DNA of 64,000 nt from Ophelia neglecta (lineage: Eukaryota). The stretch lies in assembly GCA_965285935.1 (NCBI GenBank), contig OZ260665.1, positions 18,166,001-18,230,000 of the forward strand. Reading direction: 5' to 3'. Position 1 is the first letter of the stretch. Every line of letters begins with the position of its first letter. The notes below the pieces were generated by a model, which did not search any database, had not been told where the DNA came from, and saw only the letters and a program-made list of their open reading frames with translations. Below are positions 1-13,853 of this stretch, one piece after another. A program made the translations under genes and the position numbers.

Positions 1-867
1 TGTCAAGTGGGCCAGTTGGTCCAGACACCTGGGGGACTTATGAACGCTTCCGTTTTGGTTTGTTTTACACATAGAGAACGTCTTTAAGCTGTGGGATGGG
101 AGGGTTTGGGGGATTGGGATCTTGTCGACACCTATCCCAAACTCCTCCTCCTTTTTTTTCCCTAAGATACCCATGATCCAACAAGTTTGTACAGAACGGC
201 TATGCTCCCTACATTATCAGACCCCGACAGGCGCCGTTCTGGTATTAAATAAGTTCGAGAAATGTGCACCCTTATGACTGGTGACCGGGGAAAGTGGTTA
301 TGGTGGGTTTGTGTGGAGGGAGAGGTGTAAACGAAAAGCCATGAATTGTTTCCCAAGGGCAATGCAAGTACGTATAAAGGTTCTTGCAGAATCATGCCTA
401 TCGGGGAAAAATATCTGTTAGACCAAAAATTGTTTACTTCAGTCTGAAATCACACTTGTTAAATGGACCATATCTGAAAATACAAAAAAGGTGTGCTATT
501 CCGCTCAGTCTGTGTACAGTATCCCCCCCCCCCCCATCAATTTCGACATTTGTATAGCCTATAGATAAGGGTTTTCTGACAATGCCTGGATGTAGTGACA
601 GATCATGTCTAGGCGGATATGATTGTGAATCATATAATTATTGCCTTCAGCTGAATGGTCGTCTAGGCATATCATTGTCGTCTGCTATGATCAAGAGTTC
701 AGTTCAGTAAGTGTGTGTATACTTAACAAAGTCTTGACATATTGTTCCCATTAATACCCACATTAAATGCGATAAAAGACATTTGATGAAATGCATTGAA
801 GTTTATTTTGTTCTATTTTTCAAGGTCATGACCTAGAGTGCGGGACTGACTGACGTCATTCAAGGTT

Positions 868-3800
868 ATGGAAAGTGTGAATATCACTCCGCCCAGTCTG
901 TCCACGTCGGGTGGCATCAAGCGTACCCTGAATAGGATGAAACAGCCGAGGATTGATGACAGCAACAGTCCCGTCGGACTGATAAAACGTAAACGAGGCC
1001 GTCCGAAAAGGGCTAATAGTAAAACGGGATCAGACAACCCGGAAGGCTGTGGGACTGGGACAGGGGATACGGGTAATCGTGACCTCAGTGACAAGCCCTC
1101 CGTGACTAAACAGGATGCCAAGCCGCCTTATGTACCAGAACTTGACCAATGGAAAGGTCAAACAGTTGTGTATCATGTTAAAACGGAGGACGGCAAATCT
1201 TCATTGACTGAAAAGGAACCATCGCAAAAGTTTGGAAATCACCAAAATAGATTGAAAGGTGTGGGCGCCACGCGAGGAAGAAAGCTTGGGCGAAAGGCGG
1301 GTAAAAATACTTCTTTTGCAACCAAATCATCCTTGGCTGTTTCTCGGGAGGCATCGGCATCGCAGGGAAAGGCAAATAAATCGGCAGGTGTTACGAGAGG
1401 AAACGGGGTCAGGCGCATTAGACTAAAGCGGCCGAAAAAGCCTGGGGAGACAGGTGGTGTTAATAAACATACATCGAAGCCAAGACGGATGGCCATAGAC
1501 GAAGTAGTAAGCATGTTGGAAAGTAGTATAACCCGCCCAGTTGTGCTTCCAACCGCAAGAGTGCGCCCGGTACTACGGGTAACCCCTATGCAAAACAGTG
1601 TATCTTCCACGGCCAGTGCCGTTGCTCCTGGGACGGGGCAGAGGGCATCTGGGGCTGATGTGGTAGCCCCCAGGGGTAACAGGGAGTCCCCCTCCCCGGG
1701 CCTACCCGTTTGGGGTACCACCCATACCGTCAGTGTGCTCCCTGGAAGTGAAGACAGCTCCGCCCTCAAGGCCCTTACACGGCCCGAGAAAAGAGCGGAG
1801 AAACCGATCATCCCCGGGAGCATGGTAACAATGAGCAGTGAATGCTTCCAAGACATACTGGCAGAAAAGGCAGCGTCGGGTGAAACCGGATCCACAATTA
1901 TCATCATCAAGTCACATCCTTCCGATTCAGGAGACACTAATCCCGCTCAGCAAGAAACAGCTACTACCCAACAAAAAGATACGAACTTAGTGGATGTGGC
2001 GCCAGCCCCATCGTCTTTAGCAACCGACAGGCCTGCAACCCCGTCTCAAAAAGCGTCCCTCTCGGACATTATGCAACCAGAAACTTGTTTATCTGCCAAA
2101 GAGGACCGTGTCTCACTCGGCCAAGAACCTGTGACTCACAGTTGTTTTCCGGTTGCTATTTCCGAGGAAAACAACCCATTTGTAATTTCTAAGCAATCTT
2201 CTCAAGAAGCCGACAAACACAATCAAGATTGTGACCTTGACTTTAACAATAGGCCGAATTCGTTTCCAGGGAATGTTGTCTGTTCCAATGCACCTTCAGC
2301 GCAATCTAGTCCCGATATCAGCAGCGCTGAATCTGTTCCAGCTCCAGTTGTGGGCGAATCAACGGTTGACCCGCTACAAAGCCAAGACGTCACAAAACCC
2401 TCTGGTGCTCTCGAAGAGGCAGCTACAAACAATGTAATTGTGCCACCAGTCCACCGGCATAGGAAACCGGGTCCAAAATGTTCCAAAAAATGTTCTCCTC
2501 AAACAGACCAACAACAAGCTAGGATAGACTCTGGATCTCCTCTCAGTTGCGAAATGGTTGCTCCCCTCAAATTGCGGATGGTAAGGCCGGGGCCCCTATG
2601 CTCCAAACGCCACCGACGGCTCAGCGAACATGCCTCGCTACTTGTAGACCAGTCCTCGAATGACGCGAGTAAAACTGTAATGTCTTCTGTCATTCCGACA
2701 GCTTTGGTTGAATCGCCAGAGGAAGGCAACTTAAGTGATGCATCTCCTGACAGCCTTACCGACCCGGCAGATCTTACAACAGGAGATAATGAATGTGAAG
2801 GTAAGTCGTGCCCGATACTTCCTATAACATATTTTTGTGACATCGCACCATTGTTTGAAAAGTAAATTCGGAAACTCGAATGTTCCGCTACGTATACTAT
2901 TGCTAGAACAATCGACTCGCTTGCATGCCTAACATTTATGTTGGATGTTTTTAAATCTCTCGAGCCTCCCACTGGTAAGTTGATATGTTTACCTGCCTAA
3001 CAGGTATTTTGGATGATTATTTTCTCTCTCGAGCCTTCAACTGGTTTTCTTTTGATAAGTATTGTATTACTTTGCTTTCTCTAGAATATACATATACTTT
3101 ATGTAAGCGCTGGCGGAGATACGAACGGAATGAGATGATTTATTACATAATATATATGAAAAATAAACCTGATAGATTTTGCCAGTCTAATTAAATATAA
3201 TAATTCTTCAGCTATATTCTTGAATTATGCTTCAGTTCCAAGTGACCTGCCGTATACCGCGCCTCCAATAGACCCAGAGATGATGGACAGACTTAAAACA
3301 ACTTGGGTGTTTCAGCATAAAACCAATGGACTATTTACGTACTTCAGAGGCCGAAAGAGGCCTCCGATGGAGTTGGTGTCAGAGTGGTACAAAAACTGCT
3401 ATGAGCCTTATGTACTAGTAGCACGCCTCAGCGGGGCAAGCCAGGCAGCGAAAATCTCGCCACAAATGGAGCAGGAGTTAGAAGAAATAAGAATGAGAAG
3501 GGAAATGCGTAAATTTGCAGAGGTGAAGGTGGAGGTCAAAGCCCCTAGTCTTTTCAGGTCACCAGCCCAGCTGGAGGACTTCTCCGAGCTCAAGTCCAAG
3601 GTGATCCCTCTGCCTGTGGGCTTCAAGATACACGGTCGGCGAAGGTCGTCACTCAAACCAGAGCCTGGTTTTCCGGTACTGTCACCAGCAAAGGATAAAG
3701 AATTACAAGGTTTAAACATGATAGAGGACGACAGCAAGATGACATTACTTGAAAAAGAATCCGAGGAGATACGGGAAGTCGGTGAGAAAAAAGAGAAGAT

Positions 3801-6800
3801 AGAAGAAGTCGAGGAGAAAACAGAAGTTGAGCAGGAAACAGTAGTCGAAGACACAAGAAAAGCGATGGTCAGAAAAGGCAGAAGGCCCAAGAGACGTAAA
3901 AGAGCCAAAGGACCTGTAGCCAGACGGCAATCGAAGAGAAATAAACCGAAGATCGGGGATGATGCAAAGAGTACTTGTGTTAACGATATCAAACAGGAGC
4001 CAGAAGATGAAGTTACGGTTGAGGGTATATCTGGCCTAAATGACCAGGATGATAATACTTTACAAACGCCACTTAAGTCAGAGAGTTACAAAACAGATGT
4101 TGGAGATGAAGCAGGGGGCGAAGGTACTGGACTACACTTCAAAGCGGGGGTTGAACAAGATCTATTCGAAGACAACAATTATGAAGAATACGACGCGAAT
4201 ACTGTTGATTCTCCTGCTGCATCAGAAATATCAATTTCCCTGGATGACCTTCTACCCCCATCTCCCCCAGAGCCCATACATTCCAAAAACATCCGAACTA
4301 AAACAGCAGAAGGAAATATATTCGAAAAGATGCAACAAGAATTGTCGAATAGTGTACTTCTAACGGATGAGGCTTCTTCCTCCGAAAACCCTGAAAGTGA
4401 TACACAAGATGGCAGCACTGAAGACTTGAAAGACCCGGCTCTATCAGACGGCGCTCCCGGAGACTCCAGCCATGGTACTCCAGAATGCATGGACCAAAAT
4501 GACTGCAATGAGGATAATGAAGATTATGATGACAGTCTTGAAGATATTGCTTGTCGGACGCCTTCTTATGTGCAAACCAAACTTCCCAATGCTCTAACTG
4601 CAGAGAGTAAGACCGCAATACAAACACACGGTGAGGCTGATGCTTCAGAAAGTACGCCTCATTGTGACAGCCCAGAGACGGAAACAATTAAGTCCTTTGA
4701 AAGGAATGAGAAGGAGAATGATGTTATGAATAAAGATAAAGAAGAAGTTGGCTCATTGGAACCAGCCATAACCCCCGCCACTACCTCGGGACAGCAGACT
4801 GACAGTGAGCTAGATTTAGGCTTGTGTGCAGACACCGATCCTGACCTTTTGGTGTGTCGAAAAATGCTCGGGTTAATGGTATCAGCAGTAGAATTCGACA
4901 TTAACCGAACAGGGTCAAACACAGGATTCGTGACTGAGCTGGAGTCAGTTCCTGTACGTTCACCGGATAACAGTCCCAACAAATCCGACCTTAGCCATAC
5001 TGACAGTCATCAACGAGACATAGAAAATGATCAAAGAACGGACACGCCCAAACGACGAGGATTAATAGGTCAATATGACCAAAGATGTGACTCTAAAGGT
5101 CTGAATCTATCCGAAAACCTGGTTCCAACCAAGGAGAACTCGCCTTCTTTGGAAGAAGACAGATATGATGGGACTGCAAAGCCAAATCCTTCCCACGAAG
5201 GGAACTCTGGTATGGTTATTTGTCAGAAACGCAAGGCCCGCCCAAAACGGATTAAAAAGAAGTTACCTATTGTTCAAGAATCTTTGAACAAAACAACGAG
5301 CGATCACCTCAGCAATGACGTAAAATATGGCTTAGAAAAAACACCACCAACCCGTTTGTTAACAGATGAACAGGACATGGGCGACGACCAAACCATTCCT
5401 ACAGATGCTCCGATACGGAAACGGGGAGGACCTCGCAAAAAGCGAAAGAGGTTAAATCGTCCTCGCTGGTGTGTTAAAAGAAAACCCAAACAGAATACCG
5501 GATCCGAAGAATCACCAGGTAATCCAGTTGCTCCTGGAATATAACCAAGTAATTTTATAACGTCTTTTGCTACCCAAAATGACACTTATGCAGTAACCTT
5601 AAGCCACTAAGTGCTTTACTATCTGAGGCTATAAAAGAACAACATTCATTAATACGTTTTGCATTTGTGAATACAGAAATTTCGCTTTCCTTTTTGTCTT
5701 CCATTGCACTCTGATTTTTTCGTGGACATGTACTTGCTAGTTGTTACTTTTCAATCGGTAGGTTTAATCCATATTTACATTGCTCGTCGTCTCCTTGTGT
5801 GATTGCTCGTATCCTGCATTTTCCTGATTTTTTATGTGTGATTATTATAGAGAACAAACGCAGAAAGGTGGATAATGAATGTACTGAAAACGCCGCCCAG
5901 TATGCTTCCCTTGGTACCGCCCTTCCAGTGATTTCGGCGCTGGACAAAGAGGCTGTTGTTCAAGAGGTCAAAGAGGACAAAAACAAAGACGACGAGTCCT
6001 TCAGACGCTCAAGTAAGTATACACTCTCTAATAAACGTTTTATTTATGCATTATACATCCTTCTGCGTTGGTTTTCACGTCTCGTTAGAACTAACGTGTA
6101 ATTAATTAATTTCGTGACCTCATTCTTTTACTTCGGTTGTATACTAATAGCACTTTGTAGGCCATAGCGATGATGTCTTGTTATTTGCAAGTAGCGCAAT
6201 TAGTGGTAAATTGCAGAATACACCTCTGGAAATCCAAGTTCATCACTAAGGCATAAATGCATATATTGAGTATTATTTCTTCCTTTCAGGGAAGGCACCT
6301 AAACGGTTGATTGCATCTTGCTATTACGAGTTACCTGAGTGGCCTCACTATGATCCTGAAGCATTCCTAGAGCCACTGCCATCCGGGACAAATGATCCGG
6401 CGGCCGACATGAATGAGGCCGATTATATTGGCGATACACACGACATATCTCAGTCACTTCTGGATGAACACGACTCCATCTTGACGAAAATGACCCTTCA
6501 ATTGAAGACAGAATTTGACGCACAAAAGCTAGGAGAGAATATAACTACGATGCCGTCAGCGGCTTCACCGGTGATCCAACAACTGTTACAGGAAAGGAAA
6601 GACAGCCAAGTTGTTCATCCATTAATAAAAGAAGCACATTTGTCAGAGTACCACAATGAAGGTAAAAATTCTGAAAGCCAAGCAAATCAGGCCAATTCTC
6701 CTAGACTACCTCACGGTGAACCAGTCCCTACTGTTACTGAAGACATTTCATCAGTGGAAGCAGCTAAGAAGGCAGTGGATCAGAAAGTGGCCTCTCTGTT

Positions 6801-9777
6801 GCCTTTAACATCACAAAATACGTATCAAAATAACGAGTTGCCACCGACACCATCAACAAGCGGTAGCTTATCGTCACTGAGTGATTACTTCACCCCGCCA
6901 GGTAATCCTAGCGATGCAGTAGTCCTCAGGGATGGCCATCCAGGCACAGAACTTGCACCAGATATGACCGGACAGCCGGAAAAGCTAGAGGCTACGCCAA
7001 AAAGTGCCGAAGTCTCATTGCCGTTGATACCAAAGAAAGGTTCATCCAGTAAAACGCGTGAACGGGACGTTGGGAAATTATCCCTATCGTCTGCGTCGGG
7101 TCTGATGCAGAGGATACAGGCGGAATACAAGAAGCACAGTACAAAACTAGACACCCTGCTTAAGCTTGGCAAGTCAGGTACACACGAGAAAGCAGGGGTA
7201 GGGAGACAGGCTATGACCCTTATGCGACGTATGAAACAGATTAATGAATACCTGCGACAGAAGCTGAATGAACACCGCCGGGAAACCAACGACGCTTTAG
7301 GTCACGAAAAGGAGAAGCAATCCACCCCACATGATACATCCAAGGAAAGTAAGCCAACGCCCACCACTGAGATTGTGGAGCAGCATAAAACAAATATCGT
7401 TAGCACAAAAAGCGTAGGCGACAAGGTTAAACAGGTATTACGCGAGAAAGTCAAGGCAAGTAGTAACCGAAAAAATCTTCAGACAAGCCTGACCAGTAAA
7501 GGATACATAGTGCGGGATACCGGCTGTCCTTTTGTGCCAGTTGCGCCACACCCAGTGTCCAGTATAGTCTCTCGTTCAAGTCCGTTGATGTCTTCTAGTT
7601 CTCATGCCAAGGACCAGCACCAACTACCAGACGCCTCACCACCCGCGGCGCACTCGCGAAACTCAACCCTTCAGGTGATTCTAGACAAGCCTCCCCCGGC
7701 TCACTCCAAACCCGTTAACTATTGTATGTACACCCAGATGAAATGCTCTTCTCAACTGCCTGCTATAGAAGAGCCGAAGACCCTTCCAGTCCCTCAGGTA
7801 GCAAAGAACACCACGCCATCACCCGGGGAAACAACACCACCAGAAAAGCGCGAAGCTGGCCCTCAGGCAGTGGTGGGCCCGGAGGCAGGAACAGGTACAA
7901 GTACAGGAGGAGAAAAATTGAAAAGACCTCAGTCCAAGTCATCATGTACTGTACGCGAGCTGCTCGAGGCTAGTCGTGCTACGAGGCCAATGTTACAGCC
8001 AGCTATAATAACACAGACAAGCACCCCACAGCCAATTAGCGCCCAGCCTGCTGCCATCTCAGGACAGCTGCCTCCAGTTATGCCTGGCCAACACGGTACT
8101 CTAACCTATCCTTTTCAAACCACCGGCCAGCAATCGTCCGGTAGGTCTTTCCACATGGGCATGCTTTCTCCGGGAGTGCCCAATGTCTCTGCTAGTCAAG
8201 GGACTGGCTTTCCTCACTTAAGTGACTACAGCAAGGCGATGGCCTACAGGCAGCTCCAGGAGCACACTTCATCGGTGCTCTCCCTGCTTAAAGACAACAG
8301 TTCAGCACCCAGAAACCTACCATACGCAGCGAGTCGGTTGGACAAGCAACCAATAGCAAAACCAGCAATTTCTGAACCCAAGCCTCCTAAAAAGGTAATA
8401 ATTCCGTTGAAAGGTACATTCATGCAGCAGCGGTATTGTGTTTTTTAGTATTGGCATGCAATAACTTCAGTCACTTTTAAAAGCGTGTTAACGCTAATGT
8501 ATGTTTAAGGTGAAAACCTTTTATCCAACCTGGATTCATCCTTTTATTCATCACGTTTGGTCTGGGGCTTTTTTTGTTTTAAAAAGTGGCAAGTGTAAGA
8601 CTTTGCTGGAATTTGACAATATTGCAAATGCTTTTCTCCAGAAGCGGCGAAGAGTTCGTGACATGGTAACTGGTATGGTTCCCACGGCGCCCAAGCTGCC
8701 ATCTACCGGCGTGACGCAGGTGGTGAGTGACCAAGGTCAAGTTCAAGTGGTGCCCTCTGTAGTGTGTAACCACTGTGGTGGGCTCGCCAGGTTCGTCTGC
8801 TCTGGCTGCAAGGCAGTAGCTTATTGCAGCCAAAATTGTCAGGTAGGTTTAAAATAGAAGACAACATTTGTCCATTATAAACAAATCACCTCTTTTTTAT
8901 TCTTTTAATAAGCAACCTCTATTAGGAAAGTCGTCAGAACCACAAGGGAATTCGGTGATAAATGGTGACCTGCCAGAGGCAACTAATTCACTAAGGCAAA
9001 CATTAAGAACGACGAAATACGTTACGAATCGTAAAATGTCAACTAAAAGTCCGTTGAGTCAAACACATTTTGAATAGGACGAAAATTTAAAGATGGATAA
9101 AATCGTTTCTGCTTTTTTTAAATATACTCTAAATTTATTTAACATGTATAAACTGTGCATATGAGCTATGAGTTCAACTGTCATTTACACTCTTCACATT
9201 GTGTTTCACGGTGCTTTGCCTCTTTTTTTAAAAATAAAATTCTGATTCAAACCTGATCCGAACCCATTAATACCATCCCCAGTAAATAGTTCTGCCACGA
9301 CCTTTATTTGTTATTCCTTCATTTCACCCCAGCTCCTTTAAATGCAGGATATTAAATGCATTAAAAGTAATAGTATGTGAACATTAAGCTTTGGAAAAAA
9401 GCCTTTCCATGAATTGTTCGAAAGTGAGAGATGGGTGGCGATGTATTTCCGAATCAAGCGCTTTCCAGACATGGATAGATGGACTATTTCCGGAAAGCCA
9501 TATGTATTGCCAGAAAGGTTTATATAGCAGAACAGTTCTTCCGTTTATATTTCGCTGTGTATTTACCACATACACGTTTGGCTCTGTGGTGCTGCGGCTG
9601 CTGGTTGCCGATCATTTCGGACAGATTTAATTACTTTTTGACCAATGATTTGGCTTTGCCTGTCGAGTATTCACTCCTGTATAATTCTGAAGCTTGTAAT
9701 TTCAAAAATAATATTCACCAAATTAGTTCTATTTACAGGCTGAATCATGGAGAGAGCACCACAAACAGTGTAGATGA
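868..9777 (+). CDS. Large (~2240 aa) low-complexity nuclear protein with AT-hook and C-terminal MYND-type zinc finger; 6 coding exons
   Basis: Exons 868-2800, 3236-5518, 5851-6012, 6290-8394, 8642-8842, 9739-9777 join with GT-AG introns in consistent phases (1,1,1,0,0); total 6723 nt. In-frame TGA at 847 precedes ATG 868. KRKRGRPKR AT-hook near the N-terminus; spliced C-terminus CNHC-GGLARFV-CSGC-KAVAY-CSQNCQ|AESWRE-HHKQC-R* is a complete MYND pattern. Confidence 0.88.
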
Positions 9778-12700
9778 GACAGTACCAAGGCAGGTAGCTT
9801 AATTTCCTGTGATATATAATTAATCATGGTCGAATGCAGAACACTATCATGCTTTGCATTAGGTATGAGATATTCATCTAGCTGATCATATTTTATTATC
9901 AAATGATACCACTGTACATATTGACATATTTTTAAAATGGTAGATTTATAATTAGCTGCATCATTCGTAATTTGAATGAAAATTGATTCGTACAAATTTT
10001 AATTCTTTGTTAATGTTTCCTATGTGCGTGTAACTCTTCGTACAGGCATTATTGTGTTTCTGTTATTAACTCGTAACTTTGATACGTTGTTGAATGTACA
10101 TTGAACCAAATCTCCTGAAACTGCCATCAATAAAATGTAGATCTTCGATTAATAAATATACCCAAAAATGCTGTCACTAGATTGCCTTGCAGCAAATGTA
10201 TCGTCATTTTCATCCATTCCACATATATTTTAATTAACTCTTAATGTAACTACACAGTGTATCTCGATCAAGGACCCTGTTGTAGTTATTGAACACTTCT
10301 ACTGGTATTATTTTTCAATGTTCCCCGGCTATCTTTAATGGATTAACTATTATACTGTGTGTTGCATTGAAAGGAGTGTTGATCGCCTGCTGTAGCCCGA
10401 CATACCGGAGCAAAACAATGGAGCTACCATTTTAGTGTGAATATTATTGTCATGATATTGAATGTTTCTTATTGTGTAATACAATAACTTTATTCGTTCC
10501 TTATCATATATTTGCCAATACTGTACACGGCTATATTTCTATTTGTAACATGTGTGTCTTCGACAATATATTACATTATTTTTAAATGACCTACCTGAAC
10601 GCACAGTTGTTTAATCACTAAAAGAAATTTCGCTGTTTCTGACAAAAAGGTGTTTTTGTGGATGCAATTATTGCAATTGGCATTTCCGTGCCAGATTTGC
10701 ATTACACGGGTATAGCTGTCAACAATAATATGAATTATATTGTGACTAGAAAGTTTTGATGATATCCTTTAATAAAAAATTCGCAATCGTATTATATGAG
10801 AAATATAGACCCAATCTAATCTTGAAGAAAATTATTACAACTTGTTATTTCCTATGCAGGTTTCCTAACAAAGTGTTACGTGTCGATATATTTCTATACC
10901 TAAATAAGTTGTAGTTGTAAAGTCCATCCTTATTTACTTCAGCAGGTCCTTACTAACATTATAGACCTGATGATAATTGTCCTTAAGTTTTAGTTCATAC
11001 ATGTGCTTAAACCATTGAAATACTTGTTAGTATTTGCATGTGAAAAGGCCTCCCGGTATAAAGGCACTGTGTTAAAATTTTAATATGGTGAACAGAATTA
11101 ATTTGGTGACCTAGTTGTATACGCTATAACAAAGTCGCTTAGAACGATGAAGTACTCTGGTTGTTGGCGTGCATAAACCAAAAAAGTCAAATGCACTTGT
11201 TGCAGTTCCTGTGTCGCACTGAACTTTGTGTACATAATGAGTCATTTCATTCTACCAGAAATCGCCTGACAAAACTGTGACGTGTTAAGTGCACATGTCT
11301 GAAGCAGTCTACAATGTACCAGTATAACTCTATATCAGGACAACGCCAGCAAGATTGTAACTTTAAGTCGTTTAAGTAAGTAAAATATGATAGTGGTAAA
11401 CGCAAGGCTTGTAGTGCAAAAGATTATAGACCAATGAACATATATCAACCATATTAAAAAGCCGATAACCAACCTAAGTATCAATGAATTTGAACTGCAA
11501 TGTGTTAAATGTATGGTATACATTCATTGACACATAGACAAGGAAACCAACAGGATTTAAGGTATAAGCAGTATCGAACGTTCGTTCACATTGCCTTAGT
11601 AAAACAGTGGCTCTCAGAAATAAATAGTGTTACTTCAAAGTTCGGCAACGGGGTTTGCTGAAGACTATCCTAGCCATTTTAAACATAGCTTGATTTAGAT
11701 ATTAACACAATAAAATTAAACATGCGATATTAAGTAACCCATGGTGATTATCTTTTAGAGTCAATTATTTAGGTAGCTTTGTCTATCAATAATTGCCGTA
11801 ATTAAGTAATATTCGCAATTGGGTCAATGGTTTGGTAGTGTAATGCATACAATAACTAACCTACTCCAAAGCCCAAAATAATAAAAGATACCATGTGTTT
11901 CCGAGAAGGTTTTCGCGACATTTATGGCTGATATGAACTGTACAACTAACGTTAACTATACGCGGATTCACATGAAGGTAAGCAACAATTTGCCAGCATG
12001 ATGCCTACAGATTATTATTTAATAAAGGTGGCTCTACCTATTGGCCTTCTTCGGAACATTTATACTACAGTTAGTCTGTGGTAGGCTAGTCATTTTCTGT
12101 TCTTCATACTTCTTCCTGCAATACTGTTATAACCACCGGTTGTACTGTGGTCCAATATGAGGCTGATATATTTTAAAGCACTCCGTTTCATATGTAGAGT
12201 AGAGCGGACAGGAGTGCAGGGCGATTGTAACCACGCCTGACCCCAACATATGGGAAAAAAGTATTTAACATTTGCCGACAAAACAAATGTGGTAAAAGGA
12301 GATAAATCATTTTTGCTTAATCTGAGAAAGTTTATATTTCAAACCTTCGCTCCTAACCGCTTTGAACGAGTCACTCAATCACATTATCACACTATGATTG
12401 TCAAAAAGCAACACGGGGAATATGCAACATGGTGTGAAAGAATGTCGTCTGCCTATGCTATCTATATAGACTTTAATATTTAAGACATATCGTGGAGATG
12501 CAAGCAGGGGGTCGTGTTTGCCACTTTACAGTCTTGTATATAGCGTCTAGTGTACATGTGACCATTTCGTATACACACTCCCACAGTGGTAATATACCAG
12601 GATTTGTCACCAGTGAACCTTTATAGCAGCTGTAATCCAGAATAGGCACATGAAATATATCGTGACATAAGACGCGTGAAATGTTCATTTTAAGATTGCG

Positions 12701-13105
12701 ATAATTTCTCAATGTATAGTAAGTTTTAATAATGTCCACATAATGTTTTGTTATCATGGCGTTTGCCCCTTAGCATGTCAAGAGGACGGCTTTGCTTATG
12801 ATTTTTATGTTAAGCAAATATTGCAAGTTGCCAAGCCAAGGATAAAAGCAGTATTGCCAGTTGACAATAGAAACTACTAACAAATGTATTAATGCTGACC
12901 CATTGGTTAAAATAAGTTATATTTAGGGCAACAAAAACATAATTGCTACATCAAGAAAGGACACAAAGGATAAACTATAGATATCATTGTTTTGTTTCAA
13001 ATCACTTAAGAAGTTGGTAACAAGCATAACGTCAGACTTCTGCCATATAGACATTACTATACTTATCTTGATGAATAAGAATTTATGTATGGGCCAATAT
13101 GTATT

Positions 13106-13853
13106 ATTATACATCATTGAAAAATCCCGCCCTGTGATTGGCTGAATGGTGTTGGTTAGAATCGCCTAGTTTCCCAGCCGTACGCTAGTTTCACGAACTA
13201 GTCCCGGGGACTAGTTCGTGAAACTAGCGCATGGCTAGCAGTGGCGGCCTCGTGTGGCTAATTTACGCACTTCACTAACGAAACCACCATTTTTATTGTC
13301 GTATTAGTATTTTCCAAACAAACTACAGTCAATTGTTTCAGGTTTATAAAAAGTAAGATAATAAATAAGAATATACATTATTCAAATATATTTGCACGTT
13401 TAAAATTGGACTATGTTGCCGAAAACGCGGGTTCAATAAATACGAAACCATGCGCATAGCTCTACTTCGAACGTAAAACAAACGCGGCGGGATCCCGGAT
13501 CATCAATAACAGCTGAATAATCTGATAATGGCAAGGTTTGCAGCATTTATTGTTTTTCATATAATGGTGTACATTTTTATTGCAGTAATGGAACAATAGG
13601 TAAAACAATCTATAGATCTATCTAGAGCATATAACCAATAGAGATGTTAAATGTGCAAAGATTTTTCAATGATGTATAATAAAACAACTATGAAACTTGC
13701 CCCTCGGGGACTAGTCCAAACAATTTGCCCCTCGGGAGGTGACCAGTGAACTATTTCCCTCGACCTTCGGTCTCGGGAAATAGTTCACTGGTCACCTCCC
13801 TCGGGGCAAATAGTTTGGACTAGTCCCCTCGGAGAAGTTTCTTAGTTGTATAA
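13106..13853. mobile_element. Non-autonomous ~750-bp element with an internal region complementary to both ends and a long terminal hairpin (tyrosine-recombinase-element-like, Crypton/DIRS architecture)
   Basis: 13106-13126 is the perfect reverse complement of 13660-13680; 13684-13849 is a ~165-nt imperfect palindrome; a second 23-bp-arm palindrome lies at 13183-13229; no coding capacity. Superfamily assignment is inference. Confidence 0.65.

Noticed and set aside
813-8833. Numerous minus-strand ORFs of 60-232 aa
   Set aside because: Antisense shadows of the long plus-strand exons, with no independent motifs.
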